A stretch of DNA of 64,000 nucleotides from positions 16,559 to 80,558 of the forward strand of contig CALUIN010000006.1 of the NCBI GenBank assembly GCA_944320745.1, written 5' to 3'. The notes under the pieces were generated by a model that was not told where the DNA came from, did not search any database, and was given only the letters and a program-made list of their open reading frames with translations. The stretch is from an uncultured Alloprevotella sp. (lineage in GTDB: Bacteria > Bacteroidota > Bacteroidia > Bacteroidales > Bacteroidaceae). This document shows, one piece after another, positions 27,489 through 37,369 of this stretch (position 1 is its first letter; each line of letters begins with the position of its first letter). The translations under genes and the position numbers were made by a program.

Positions 27489-29387
27489 ATGGAATATACG
27501 TTATTTATCCTGTTGCTGCCCTTCCTCTCATTTCTATTCCTGGGAATCTGCGGAAAGTGGCTCAGCCACAAGACTGCCGGAATCATCGGCACCTGCTGCC
27601 TGGCGGTCGTGGCCATACTGTCTTACACAGCGGCGATAGACTATTTCTCTCTGCCGCGTCTGGCCGACGGGTCCTTCAGGCCGGTAAGTCCGTTCGACAT
27701 CAACTGGTTGCCTTTCTTCAACGAAGGCCTTCAGTTCAAGATGGGTATCCTGCTCGACCCCATCTCTGTCATGATGCTCATCGTCATTTCCACGGTGTCG
27801 CTCATGGTACACATCTACTCCTTCGGATACATGCACGGTGAGCGCGGATTCCAGCGCTACTACGCCTTCCTGAGCCTGTTCTCCATGTCCATGCTCGGCC
27901 TGGTCGTAGCCACCAATATCTTCCAGATGTACCTGTTCTGGGAGCTCGTGGGCGTATCCTCGTATCTGCTCATCGGCTTCTACTACACGTCGCCCGCAGC
28001 CATCGCCGCATCGAAGAAAGCCTTCATCGTCACCCGCTTTGCGGACATGTTCTTCCTCATCGGTATTCTCATCTACGGATACTACTGCGGTTCGTTCGGC
28101 TTCAACTTCAATGCAGAAGGCTTCGCCGCCGGCGGATTCATGCTGCCCACGGCGCTCGTACTGATGTTTATCGGCGGCGCCGGCAAGAGCGCCATGTTCC
28201 CCCTGCACATCTGGCTGCCCGACGCAATGGAAGGCCCGACGCCCGTCAGTGCACTCATCCACGCCGCTACTATGGTCGTAGCAGGCGTGTTCCAGGTAGC
28301 CCGTCTGTTCCCGCTCTGGATCGAGTACGCTCCGGATGCGCTGAGCATCGTTGCCTGGGTCGGCGCCTTCACCGCCTTCTACGCAGCCGCCGTGGCCTGC
28401 GCCCAGAGCGACATCAAGCGTGTGCTGGCCTTCTCCACCATTTCCCAGATTGCCTTTATGATGGTAGCGCTCGGTGTATGCACCGAAATCACGACCGGAC
28501 ATGAGCACACCGGCAGCCTTGGCTACATGGCCTCCATGTTCCATCTGTTCACGCACGCCATGTTCAAAGCCCTGCTCTTCCTCGGTGCCGGCTGCATCAT
28601 CCACGCCGTACACAGCAACGAGATGTCCGCCATGGGCGGCCTGCGCAAGTACATGCCCGTCACGCACATCACCTTCCTCATCGCCTGCCTCGCTATCTCC
28701 GGCATACCGCCCTTCTCCGGATTCTTCTCGAAGGACGAGATCCTGACGACCTGCTTTGCCTACAGTCCCTTTATGGGCTGGATCATGACCGCCATCGCAG
28801 GCATGACCGCCTTCTACATGTTCCGCCTGTACTACGGCATCTTCTGGGGCACGGAGAACAAGGAGCTCCACGCCGAGCACACGCCGCATGAGGCGCCGCT
28901 CAGCATGACCCTCCCGCTCGTGTTCCTGGCCCTCATCACCTGCGTAGCCGGCTTCATTCCCTTCGGCCACTTTGTCAGCGCCGACACCCGAGCTTACGAC
29001 ATCCACCTCGACTGGGGCGTAGCCGGAACGAGCATCGTCATCGCCGTGGGCGCCATCGCGCTGGCCACCTATATCTATAAAGGTGAGCGTCAGCCCGTGG
29101 CCGAAGCCGCTGCCGAGAAGTTCGCCAAGCTCCACCGCTGGGCCTACAAGCGCTTCTACATGGACGAAGTCTACCAGTACATCACGCACCGTCTCATCTT
29201 TGCCCACATCTCCAAGCCCATAGCCTGGTTCGACCGCCACGTTATCGACGGATTCTTCAACTTCCTTGCTTGGGGGACCAACGCCTTAGGCTTCCAGATC
29301 CGCGGCCTGCAGAGCGGTTCCGTGCAGAAGTACGCATTCGTGTTCCTCTTGGGCATACTCATCCTGCTGTTTATCTTGATACTTTAA
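27489..29387 (+). CDS. nuoL: NADH-quinone oxidoreductase subunit L
   Basis: WELVGVSSYLLIGF, GKSAMFPLHIWLPDAMEGPTPVSALIHAATMV, DIKRVLAFST, HAMFKALLFL. Confidence 0.96.
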   Translation: MEYTLFILLLPFLSFLFLGICGKWLSHKTAGIIGTCCLAVVAILSYTAAIDYFSLPRLADGSFRPVSPFDINWLPFFNEGLQFKMGILLDPISVMMLIVISTVSLMVHIYSFGYMHGERGFQRYYAFLSLFSMSMLGLVVATNIFQMYLFWELVGVSSYLLIGFYYTSPAAIAASKKAFIVTRFADMFFLIGILIYGYYCGSFGFNFNAEGFAAGGFMLPTALVLMFIGGAGKSAMFPLHIWLPDAMEGPTPVSALIHAATMVVAGVFQVARLFPLWIEYAPDALSIVAWVGAFTAFYAAAVACAQSDIKRVLAFSTISQIAFMMVALGVCTEITTGHEHTGSLGYMASMFHLFTHAMFKALLFLGAGCIIHAVHSNEMSAMGGLRKYMPVTHITFLIACLAISGIPPFSGFFSKDEILTTCFAYSPFMGWIMTAIAGMTAFYMFRLYYGIFWGTENKELHAEHTPHEAPLSMTLPLVFLALITCVAGFIPFGHFVSADTRAYDIHLDWGVAGTSIVIAVGAIALATYIYKGERQPVAEAAAEKFAKLHRWAYKRFYMDEVYQYITHRLIFAHISKPIAWFDRHVIDGFFNFLAWGTNALGFQIRGLQSGSVQKYAFVFLLGILILLFILIL

Positions 29388-29390
29388 GCC

Positions 29391-30944
29391 ATGGATAATA
29401 ATTTAGTCAACGTATTATACCTGTCATCATTCGTATTCATACCCTTGGTGATGTTATTGGGACTCTGGCTGGCCAAGTCCCTGAAGCAAGTGCGCGGCGT
29501 CATGGTAACCGGCAGCTCCCTGCTCCTATTGCTGGCCGTCTACCTCGTGTTCGACTTCCTCGGCGCCCGTGCGGCCGACCCTACGAGCGAAATGCTCTTC
29601 ACCGGCCACTACCTCTGGTTCGCCCCGCTTCACATTGAATACGCCGTCGGCGTAGACGGCATCTCGGTAGCCATGCTGCTGCTGTCCGCCATCATCGTGT
29701 TCACCGGCACCTTCGCCTCCTGGCGTCTCCAGCCGCTGACCAAGGAGTTCTTCCTCTGGTTCACGCTGCTGAGCATGGGCGTCTTCGGCTTCTTCATCTC
29801 GACCGACATGTTCACCATGTTCATGTTCTACGAGATAGCCCTCATCCCGATGTACCTGCTCATCGGCGTCTGGGGCAGCGGAAAGAAGGAATACGCAGCC
29901 ATGAAGCTGACCCTCATGCTGATGGGCGGTTCCGCATTCCTCATGTGCGGCATCTTCGGCATCTTCTACGGCGCGGGCGGCCAGACGATGGACGTCATCG
30001 ACATTGCCTTCCAGCGCGGCGGCGCACATGCCATCGACTTCGCGCAGCAATGCATCTGGTTCCCGCTCACGTTTGTAGGCTTCGGCGTACTGGGCGCGCT
30101 CTTCCCGTTCCACACCTGGAGCCCCGACGGTCATGCCTCGGCCCCGACCGCCGTATCCATGCTCCACGCCGGCGTGCTCATGAAGCTCGGAGGCTACGGC
30201 TGCTTCCGCATCGCCATGTTCCTCCTGCCCGACGCCGCCAACGAGCTGGGCTGGATCTTCCTTATCCTCACGGGCATCTCGGTGGTCTACGGCGCATTCT
30301 CTGCCTGCGTCCAGACCGACTTGAAATACATCAACGCCTACTCCTCCGTGTCCCACTGCGGACTGGTGCTCTTCGCCATCCTCATGCTCAACCAGACGGC
30401 ATGCACCGGCGCCATCCTGCAGATGCTCAGCCACGGACTGATGACGGCCCTCTTCTTTGCCCTGATCGGTATGATCTACGGACGCACCCATACGCGCGAC
30501 GTGCGTGAGCTCAACGGCCTCATGCGCATCATGCCTTTCCTGTCCGTCTGCTACGTCATCGCCGGTCTGGCCAACCTCGGTCTGCCGGGACTCTCCGGCT
30601 TTATCGCTGAAATGACCATCTTCGTCGGCTCCTTCCAGAACGCCGACACGTTCCACCGCGTACTGACCATCATCGCCTGCACGAGCATTGTCATCACCGC
30701 GGTCTACATCCTGCGACTGGTCGGCAAGATTCTCTACGGCACGTGCACCAACGAGCATCACCTCAAGCTGACCGATGCCACTTGGGACGAGCGCACCGCC
30801 GTCATCTGCCTCATCGTAGCCGTCGCTGGTCTGGGTCTGGCTCCGCTCTGGGTCAGCAACATGGTTTCGACCGGTGTGGCGCCGATCGTGGACCATATCC
30901 ACAACGCGGCACAGGTCGTTTCACAAAGTAATCCGTTCCTCTAA
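29391..30944 (+). CDS. nuoM: NADH-quinone oxidoreductase subunit M
   Basis: GVDGIS, FYE..LIPMY, PFHTWSPDGH..APT, MKLGGYG, AYSSVSH, LGLPG..GFIAE. Confidence 0.95.
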   Translation: MDNNLVNVLYLSSFVFIPLVMLLGLWLAKSLKQVRGVMVTGSSLLLLLAVYLVFDFLGARAADPTSEMLFTGHYLWFAPLHIEYAVGVDGISVAMLLLSAIIVFTGTFASWRLQPLTKEFFLWFTLLSMGVFGFFISTDMFTMFMFYEIALIPMYLLIGVWGSGKKEYAAMKLTLMLMGGSAFLMCGIFGIFYGAGGQTMDVIDIAFQRGGAHAIDFAQQCIWFPLTFVGFGVLGALFPFHTWSPDGHASAPTAVSMLHAGVLMKLGGYGCFRIAMFLLPDAANELGWIFLILTGISVVYGAFSACVQTDLKYINAYSSVSHCGLVLFAILMLNQTACTGAILQMLSHGLMTALFFALIGMIYGRTHTRDVRELNGLMRIMPFLSVCYVIAGLANLGLPGLSGFIAEMTIFVGSFQNADTFHRVLTIIACTSIVITAVYILRLVGKILYGTCTNEHHLKLTDATWDERTAVICLIVAVAGLGLAPLWVSNMVSTGVAPIVDHIHNAAQVVSQSNPFL

Positions 30945-30965
30945 ACAGCAAATCATCGTAACAAA

Positions 30966-32462
30966 ATGGATTATTCGCAATTTCTGAACATGCAGGAAGA
31001 AATTAGCCTGCTTGCAGTCATACTGATCGTATTCCTTGCCGACCTCTTCCTGTGCGGCAAGGAGGAAAGAATCTGCGCCATGGGCAACGGGACGGCCCTC
31101 TCCGCTACCGCCTGCGGCTGCGGGAGAATGAATGTACTGCCCATCGCCCTGATGGTTGTCCATACGCTGATCAACCTCCTGCCCTGGTGCGGCTCAGCCT
31201 GCACGCCCGTGGAGGCTTTCGGCGGCATGTACCAGCACACGCCCATGATGACTATCGTGAAGAGTGTGCTCAACGTGGGCGTCATCGTCGTCATGCTGAT
31301 GTCGGCCAACTGGCTCAACCGCCCCGAGAACCGCATCAAGCAGGGCGAGTTCCACAGCCTGGTGCTCTTCACGCTCTTCGGCATGTACCTCATGATCTCC
31401 AGCGGCCACTTCATCATGTTCTTCATCGGCCTTGAGCTGGCTTCCATCCCGATGACCGCCCTCATAGCCTACGACAAGTACCGCTACGAGAGTGCCGAGG
31501 CGGGTGCCAAGTTCATCCTGCTGGCCCTCTTCTCGAGCGCGCTGCTGCTCTACGGCATCTCGCTCATCTACGGCGTGACCGGCACGCTCTACTTCGACCA
31601 GATAGCCGACAAGCTCCAGGTGAACCTGCTCAGCATCGCGGGCCTCGTGCTCTTCATCTCGGGCATGGGCTTCAAGATATCCCTCGTGCCCTTCCACCTC
31701 TGGACGGCCGACACCTACGAAGGCGCGCCCACGGTCGTAACGGGATACCTCAGCGTCGTGTCCAAGGGTTCGGCCGCCTTCGTGCTCATGACCGTCATCA
31801 TGAAGGTGTTCGGCTCCGAAGCCTTCTTAGGTCTTTGGAGTACTGCCTTCTTCTGGATCATCATCGTGACCATCACCGTGGCCAACCTCTTTGCCATACG
31901 CCAGAAGAACCTGAAGCGATTCATGGCCTACTCCGCCATCTCGCAGGCCGGCTACGTGGTGCTCGGCATCATGGGCGGCACCGCACAGGGCATGACCGCG
32001 CTTGTGTTTTACCTGCTGGTCTATCTCACGGCCAACCTCGGCGCCTTCGCCGTGCTCCATGTCGTGGAGCAGCACAGCGGGAAAATCGGCATGGACGACT
32101 ACAACGGACTTTACAAGACGAACCCGAAGCTGGCATTCCTCATGACGCTCTGCCTCTTCTCTCTGGCAGGAATCCCGCCCTTTGCCGGTTTCTTCTCGAA
32201 GTTCTTCATCTTCATGGCAGGCTTCAATGCCGGCTATCCGGTACTGGTGTTCATCGCCTTGGTCAACACGGTCATCTCGCTCTACTACTATCTGCTCATC
32301 GTGAAGGCCATGTACATCAAAACGAACGACGAGCCCATCGCGCCGTTCCGCAGCGACTGCGGCACGCGCGCCGCACTGGTCATCTGCATGGCCGGCGTGC
32401 TGCTGCTCGGCATCGTTAGCGCCGTCTACAACTACATAGACTTGTTCAGCTACGGCATCTAA
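30966..32462 (+). CDS. nuoN: NADH-quinone oxidoreductase subunit N
   Basis: [49 protein letters not shown]. Confidence 0.95.
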   Translation: MDYSQFLNMQEEISLLAVILIVFLADLFLCGKEERICAMGNGTALSATACGCGRMNVLPIALMVVHTLINLLPWCGSACTPVEAFGGMYQHTPMMTIVKSVLNVGVIVVMLMSANWLNRPENRIKQGEFHSLVLFTLFGMYLMISSGHFIMFFIGLELASIPMTALIAYDKYRYESAEAGAKFILLALFSSALLLYGISLIYGVTGTLYFDQIADKLQVNLLSIAGLVLFISGMGFKISLVPFHLWTADTYEGAPTVVTGYLSVVSKGSAAFVLMTVIMKVFGSEAFLGLWSTAFFWIIIVTITVANLFAIRQKNLKRFMAYSAISQAGYVVLGIMGGTAQGMTALVFYLLVYLTANLGAFAVLHVVEQHSGKIGMDDYNGLYKTNPKLAFLMTLCLFSLAGIPPFAGFFSKFFIFMAGFNAGYPVLVFIALVNTVISLYYYLLIVKAMYIKTNDEPIAPFRSDCGTRAALVICMAGVLLLGIVSAVYNYIDLFSYGI

Positions 32463-32487
32463 GCCGAAACGCTGCATCGCACCTTCC

Positions 32488-32527
32488 AAGCCGGAAGGCC
32501 ATCCTCGCGGACGGCCTTCCGGCTTTG
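32488..32527 (+). terminator. Terminator of the nuo operon
   Basis: 13-bp inverted repeat aagccggaaggcc / ggccttccggctt followed by T-rich sequence. Confidence 0.75.
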
Positions 32528-32576
32528 CTTTACCCCTCCGCAGGCTACGGCGGCAGGCCGCGGACGCCGCGCCCGC

Positions 32577-32660
32577 ACGGGGCTTAGGCCCGTCGCAACG
32601 GGGCTTAGGCGAGTAAAAAGCGGGCCTAGGCCAGTAAATCCTGGCCTAGGCCCGATGCCT
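32577..32660. repeat. 21-bp phased quasi-palindromic array 5 (4 units)
   Basis: acggggCTTAGgcccgt-cgca, acggggCTTAGgcgagt-aaaa, agcgggCCTAGgccagt-aaat, cctggcCTAGGcccgat-gcct. Confidence 0.9.
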
Positions 32661-32710
32661 GAAGTCGCTGTGAACACAGGAAGCAAGACCTGCCGGCGGG
32701 CTGCCGCCGC

Positions 32711-33619
32711 TCAAGGCTGGGCGGCGCACCTTGCCAGCATCTGCCGGTAGCCGCGGGGCGAAAGCCCCAGGTGCTGCTTCACGTACTTTCCGAAAAAGGA
32801 AACATTGGGAAACTGAAGCTCGTTGGAAATTTCCTTGATCGTCTTGTCCCGCCGCTCCATCAGCCGGCGTATGTCGCCCACGACAAAGTCGTCGATCAGC
32901 TTGGAGGCCGACTGGCCGCACATGCGCTTGCACACCTGGGACAGATACTTGGGCGTGACGCGCAGCCGCTCCGCGTAGGGGGCTATGAGCCTCGGCTTTG
33001 GATAGGTATCGTGAAGCAAGAGCAGGAAGTTCCGGAAAAGCGTATCACCGGAGCTATAGGGCGACATCTCATGCTGTATGAAGCCGGTCAGGAAGTCGTA
33101 CAAATCGTAGATAAGCACTTGCAGCATCGCCGTGCAAAGATCGTCGAAATAGGCCGTGCGCGGTTTCTGCAAGGTCGCGCGATAGAGGTCGAAGTAGCGG
33201 TTGAAATAGGCTGCCCGGCTTTCCGTGAGTGACAGTACGGGATGCCGCGCAATGTAGAGCTTCACGTCCCAATTGCCCACGGCCAGCATAGCCAGATCCC
33301 TGGCACTCTCGGACGAAAGACAAATACAGCGGAAACGGCATCCGGCATCGCACTTCGCCCTGCGGAACTGCTCCCAGCTGCAAGCCACCAGATTGTTGCG
33401 CTCCAATTCGTAGGTGAGGCCGTCCATCGTCAGGCGCGCGCTGCCGCCTATATATAGGGCGACGAGGAAAGCATCGCCTGCCATGCCCACCGCACGCTCC
33501 TGCCCCGGCACGTAGTCGTCCATGTAGGCAAGGAAACGGCCCGCTACGGCCACCTGGCCCTCACGGGCCATATCTGTATTTAGGACCAAAGCCGGCCCCA
33601 TGTCTGCATTTCTCATCAT
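32711..33619 (-). CDS. AraC family transcriptional regulator
   Basis: C-terminal double HTH: YAERLRVTPKYLS..CK, TIKEISNELQFPNVSFFGKYVKQHLGLSPRGYR. Start placed at ATG 33619, just after TACCTTTG (33625-33632). Confidence 0.88.
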   Translation of the reverse strand: MMRNADMGPALVLNTDMAREGQVAVAGRFLAYMDDYVPGQERAVGMAGDAFLVALYIGGSARLTMDGLTYELERNNLVACSWEQFRRAKCDAGCRFRCICLSSESARDLAMLAVGNWDVKLYIARHPVLSLTESRAAYFNRYFDLYRATLQKPRTAYFDDLCTAMLQVLIYDLYDFLTGFIQHEMSPYSSGDTLFRNFLLLLHDTYPKPRLIAPYAERLRVTPKYLSQVCKRMCGQSASKLIDDFVVGDIRRLMERRDKTIKEISNELQFPNVSFFGKYVKQHLGLSPRGYRQMLARCAAQP

Positions 33620-33804
33620 GGCTGCAAAGGTAAGCATATTCGCCGCAACGCCACTCCAGCCAGCCGCCTCGTTATGAAAACTTATCGTGCATTTATAGTT
33701 TTATAACAAAGCTCTTCACCTCCGGTTCCCGCCCCGCGGGTGCAAAGGGAAAAAAGCCGCGCCCTGCATTGCGCAAACGGAAACGTTATGCTAACTTTGC
33801 GTAT

Positions 33805-34419
33805 ATGAAAGAAGAGCGCCGCCCCTCCATTGCCATCATCCTCCCCAATACGCTGGCGCGCTTGGGGCTGGCCACGCTGATCAGCCGCATGATGCCGTCG
33901 GCCGACATTCACCAGTACTCGGATTTTGAAAAGCTGGGCCGCGAACCCGATGATCGGTTTTACCACTACTTCATCTCGACGCAGGTGCTGCTGGAGCACG
34001 TGGCCTTCTTCCTGCAGCGCGCGTCGCGCACCATCGTCCTGACGCAAGGCACAGAGCAAGGCTACCTGCCCCAAGGACTGCACACGGTGAACGTGTTCCA
34101 GGACGAGGAGCAGCTGGTGCGCGACTTTCTCCACATGGCCCACACGGCCCACACGGCCCACGGAGAGACGCCCGCGGCCGTGAGACTGGCTCAGCAGCCC
34201 GAGGCCGACGCGCCGAAGCTGACGCCCCGCGAACGCGATGTACTGCGTGGCATCGTCATGGGACAGCGCAACAAGGAGATTGCCTGCGAGCTCAACGTAA
34301 CGCCGACAACCGTCATCTCGCACCGGAAGCACCTCACGGAGAAACTTCGCACCAAGAGCGTGGCCAGTCTCACCCTCTACGCCGTGCTCCACGGCATCGT
34401 CTCGACCGATGAGATATAA
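33805..34419 (+). CDS. LuxR C-terminal HTH transcriptional regulator
   Basis: LTPRERDVL..IVMGQRNKEIA..LNV...TVISHRKHLTEKL. Start at ATG 33805, after TAACTTTG (33792-33799). Confidence 0.9.
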   Translation: MKEERRPSIAIILPNTLARLGLATLISRMMPSADIHQYSDFEKLGREPDDRFYHYFISTQVLLEHVAFFLQRASRTIVLTQGTEQGYLPQGLHTVNVFQDEEQLVRDFLHMAHTAHTAHGETPAAVRLAQQPEADAPKLTPRERDVLRGIVMGQRNKEIACELNVTPTTVISHRKHLTEKLRTKSVASLTLYAVLHGIVSTDEI

Positions 34420-34420
34420 A

Positions 34421-34459
34421 CGGCCCGTTCCCTCCGACAATTCCGGATGGAACGGGCCG
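34421..34459. terminator. Stem-loop between the convergent LuxR and phytase-like genes
   Basis: 11-bp inverted repeat cggcccgttcc / ggaacgggccg. Confidence 0.5.
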
Positions 34460-34513
34460 CTGCCTGGCGGCGGCGCGTCCTCTCGGGCGCACACCGCCAG
34501 ATAGCCTGCGAGG

Positions 34514-35587
34514 CTAAGGCAATATGATGACTTTGACGTAGTCCTTGAGGCGGAACGGCCCCTTGCCGAAGCCGCTCTGCGAGTCGTTGATGAGAAGCAC
34601 CGTCTGCCGTCCGTCGGTCAGCTTCCGGCCGAGGCACATGCCTTCGTAGTTGGCGAAGGACTGGTTGAACGGCGTGAATTTCGTCGTAAAGTGGGCCACG
34701 AGCGTCTTGACGAGGAAGCGGTTCGGGTCGAGCGCACTCAGTTCTGTCGAACTGTCTATCTGCCAGCCCTGGCTCGGGTCCACGAGGAAAATCTTGCAGA
34801 CGACTTGCGAGCTGAGGTAACCGTTGGAAATGTCTGCCTCGCGCTCGAGCACCAACAACCGCCCGTCCGGCAAGGCTGTGAGCGCCGGGACGCCGTAGAC
34901 ATACGTCTGCCCGAAATCGTCCTTCTTCCCTCGGTCCATGCGGTACGCGTACTGTGCCGCCGGCTGCAAATCGTCGCCGAAACTCAAGAGCCGCAGCAGA
35001 TTCTGAGCCGCAGGATACTGCGGGCCGGCCGCCTGACCGTCACGGGGCAAGGTGCTCTCGGTCGTTGTCCAGAACCGATGGGTCTCGGAACTATACGTCA
35101 AGGCTTCGAAGCCGTAGTTCGCCACGATGTTCTGCCGGCCGAAGATGGCCGGGACGTTCAGCCGGCGGCCCGTAAGCTGCCCGCTCATGGCGTACTCAAG
35201 GATCTCCTGGTCTCCCTCTCCGCTGATAAACACGGTGCCGGCTGAGGGGAAGTAGGCAATGCCTTCTCCGTCGCGCACGTAGTTGCCGGCCGCGTCGAGT
35301 TGCGGGGACGGATTGGCGCGGAACTCTTCCAGATAGACGCTCACTACTTCGCCGGTCGTGGCGCTCTGGTCTATACGGAAGAGAAAGAAGCCGTCGGCCG
35401 GCCCCTTGTCGCTCACTACGGCGTAGCGGTTATCCCCCAGCGGCGCTATGCCGCTATAGTCCGCCGAGCCTATGCCCCACTTCGAGAGTCCTACTTGCTT
35501 CAGCTCCACGGCCTGCTGCGCGGACAAGGGCGCCGCAAGAGGCAGGCAGAGCGCCAGGGCCAGAAATCTGAGTCTTATTCCTTGCAT
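34514..35587 (-). CDS. Secreted esterase-like/phytase-like beta-propeller protein
   Basis: Signal peptide; YSGI, VVSDK, DGEGIA, NYGFEALT, LLVLERE, NYEGMCLG motifs of the 'esterase-like activity of phytase' family. Confidence 0.8.
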   Translation of the reverse strand: MQGIRLRFLALALCLPLAAPLSAQQAVELKQVGLSKWGIGSADYSGIAPLGDNRYAVVSDKGPADGFFLFRIDQSATTGEVVSVYLEEFRANPSPQLDAAGNYVRDGEGIAYFPSAGTVFISGEGDQEILEYAMSGQLTGRRLNVPAIFGRQNIVANYGFEALTYSSETHRFWTTTESTLPRDGQAAGPQYPAAQNLLRLLSFGDDLQPAAQYAYRMDRGKKDDFGQTYVYGVPALTALPDGRLLVLEREADISNGYLSSQVVCKIFLVDPSQGWQIDSSTELSALDPNRFLVKTLVAHFTTKFTPFNQSFANYEGMCLGRKLTDGRQTVLLINDSQSGFGKGPFRLKDYVKVIILP

Positions 35588-35616
35588 ATTTTCTTCGTTG
35601 ATTAGGCGCGACGGGC

Positions 35617-36666
35617 TTACTCGTCGAGCATCATTTCCATATAGGTAGGCTGCGCGCCGATAAACATGGCGGCCAGTCCGCCCGATGTAACGATACTCTC
35701 GGGCTTGCTGTCGGTGATGTCCAACCGTCCGTCCTGGATGCGGTAGTAACCATTATTCTCCGGCACGTCGAGGTCTCCGTCCACGCCTATGTGGATTTGG
35801 AAATCAGGGTGGGCGGCAAGCACGCCGCGCAGGAAGCGCTCCGCGTTGACTACGCGTGCCATGCCATAGGACTGGGACGCTGGGAGCCCTCCGGGTATGG
35901 GGACGCGAGCCCAAACATGGTCGACGCCGGCGTGCTGCTTCAGATAACGCACGAACATACTCTTCACGGACGGCGCGCTTACGAGGATGGAGCGCAGGAT
36001 GCAGCGCCCGTCAGTCTCGACTACGGCGAGACAGATGCCCTTTATGCTCCGTTTGCGGCGGGCTACGAGGACGTAGCCGTTCTCCAGGTCGCAGAGACGC
36101 AGGGCGGCGAAGAAGTCATTCTCAGAGGGATGGAGCATGAAGTCCGTGTAATACCCTTGACGGTAATATACGTAGAGGTCGTTTCCCCACTCCTCCGGCC
36201 GCATCACTTCTATGCGCGGCTCCTCCTCGCCTTTGTCCTCCATCTCGGCCTCGGTGCGGAAGACCGAGGTCCAGTATGCCCCGTGCACGGGACTCTCGAA
36301 AAATTTTCGCTGCTCCTCGCCCGCCGGCAGCAGGAAACTAAGGACGGCGCCCTGCTGATAGAGCCGGCGGTGGGCCTCACGCAGCAACTGGGCGGCAAGC
36401 CCGCGTCCACGCCACTCGGGCGCCACGCACAGGCCCGTCAGATAGCCCGCACTGACCACAAGCCCGTAGAACGTCATGCGGTAAGGCTGCAATTGCACCG
36501 CAGCCACGACACGGCCGTCCTGGCGCACTGTGAGACTGTTCCGGTCAGTGTATTTCTCTTCAAAAAATATATCCAGGTATTCGTCCGAACACTGGAAACA
36601 CGACCGCCAAAGGTCGCGCGTCTGCTGTTTGATTTCTTCTGGAGTCAGAAACATAGGCTTTATCAT
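35617..36666 (-). CDS. GNAT family acetyltransferase (Eis-like, C-terminal SCP2-like region)
   Basis: LWRSCF, acetyl-CoA motif YLTGLCVAPEWRGRGLA, SFLLPA, C-terminal D..VPENNGYY. Confidence 0.8.
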   Translation of the reverse strand: MIKPMFLTPEEIKQQTRDLWRSCFQCSDEYLDIFFEEKYTDRNSLTVRQDGRVVAAVQLQPYRMTFYGLVVSAGYLTGLCVAPEWRGRGLAAQLLREAHRRLYQQGAVLSFLLPAGEEQRKFFESPVHGAYWTSVFRTEAEMEDKGEEEPRIEVMRPEEWGNDLYVYYRQGYYTDFMLHPSENDFFAALRLCDLENGYVLVARRKRSIKGICLAVVETDGRCILRSILVSAPSVKSMFVRYLKQHAGVDHVWARVPIPGGLPASQSYGMARVVNAERFLRGVLAAHPDFQIHIGVDGDLDVPENNGYYRIQDGRLDITDSKPESIVTSGGLAAMFIGAQPTYMEMMLDE

Positions 36667-36733
36667 TACAATCGGTCGATGCAGAGCTTCGCCGTTAGGG
36701 GGTAAGGTGACCGCGGCACAGGGAGCAGCCTGG

Positions 36734-37369
36734 TCAATAAGGATAGCGGCGCACGAAATCGTCGCCGTGGGTACGGATGCGGACTTCTATGGAGTCGCGG
36801 CCGGGAATGAGGGTACCCGTATAGCCGCTGAGCAGCGCGGACAAATAGACCTCCCGCGAATAGTAGTCCCCGTCGTTGCCCTGGTCGTGGATGAGGATGA
36901 GCCGAAGCAGACGGCCGCCCGACGGCAGGAGGGTCGTGCCCTCGTCCGCCACGCCGAACACCTGGCCGCCTCCCGACGTGGGCACGGAGAGTCGGAAATT
37001 GAGATAGCGGCCTCCACGCCACACGGCGACGACACGCACCGGGTCGGTCACGATTTGCGCCACCGCATAATGGCGTGGCACAGGCGTCAGGACCCGTACC
37101 ACGTCAGAAACGGCCGCGCCGCCCGCCGTCAGGACATACAAGGCCCGGACGCGACAGACTTGGTTTGGCTCCGTTCCGGACAATCGCCCTCCGCTGACGA
37201 TGCGCAGCGTGTCGCCGCCGTCGGGCACCAGCCAGGCCGGAGCTCCGGCCGCGTCCGTCAACAGTTCGGCCATGTCCTCCCGATAAGCCGGCGCGATCGC
37301 CTCATCCTCGCTGCAAGCGGTCAGGACGATACACAGCGTCAGCCATAAGCACCACGTCAGCTGCCTCAT
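36734..37369 (-). CDS. Lipoprotein (NigD-like)
   Basis: Lipobox LTAC followed by acidic SEDE; DPVRVVAVW.GGRYLN..L motif resembles the NigD-like C-terminal domain. Confidence 0.7.
   Translation of the reverse strand: MRQLTWCLWLTLCIVLTACSEDEAIAPAYREDMAELLTDAAGAPAWLVPDGGDTLRIVSGGRLSGTEPNQVCRVRALYVLTAGGAAVSDVVRVLTPVPRHYAVAQIVTDPVRVVAVWRGGRYLNFRLSVPTSGGGQVFGVADEGTTLLPSGGRLLRLILIHDQGNDGDYYSREVYLSALLSGYTGTLIPGRDSIEVRIRTHGDDFVRRYPY

Noticed and set aside
34133-34162. 9-bp repeat encoding HMAHTAHTAH in the LuxR linker
   Set aside because: A small in-frame duplication in a linker; not enough evidence for phase variation or metal binding.
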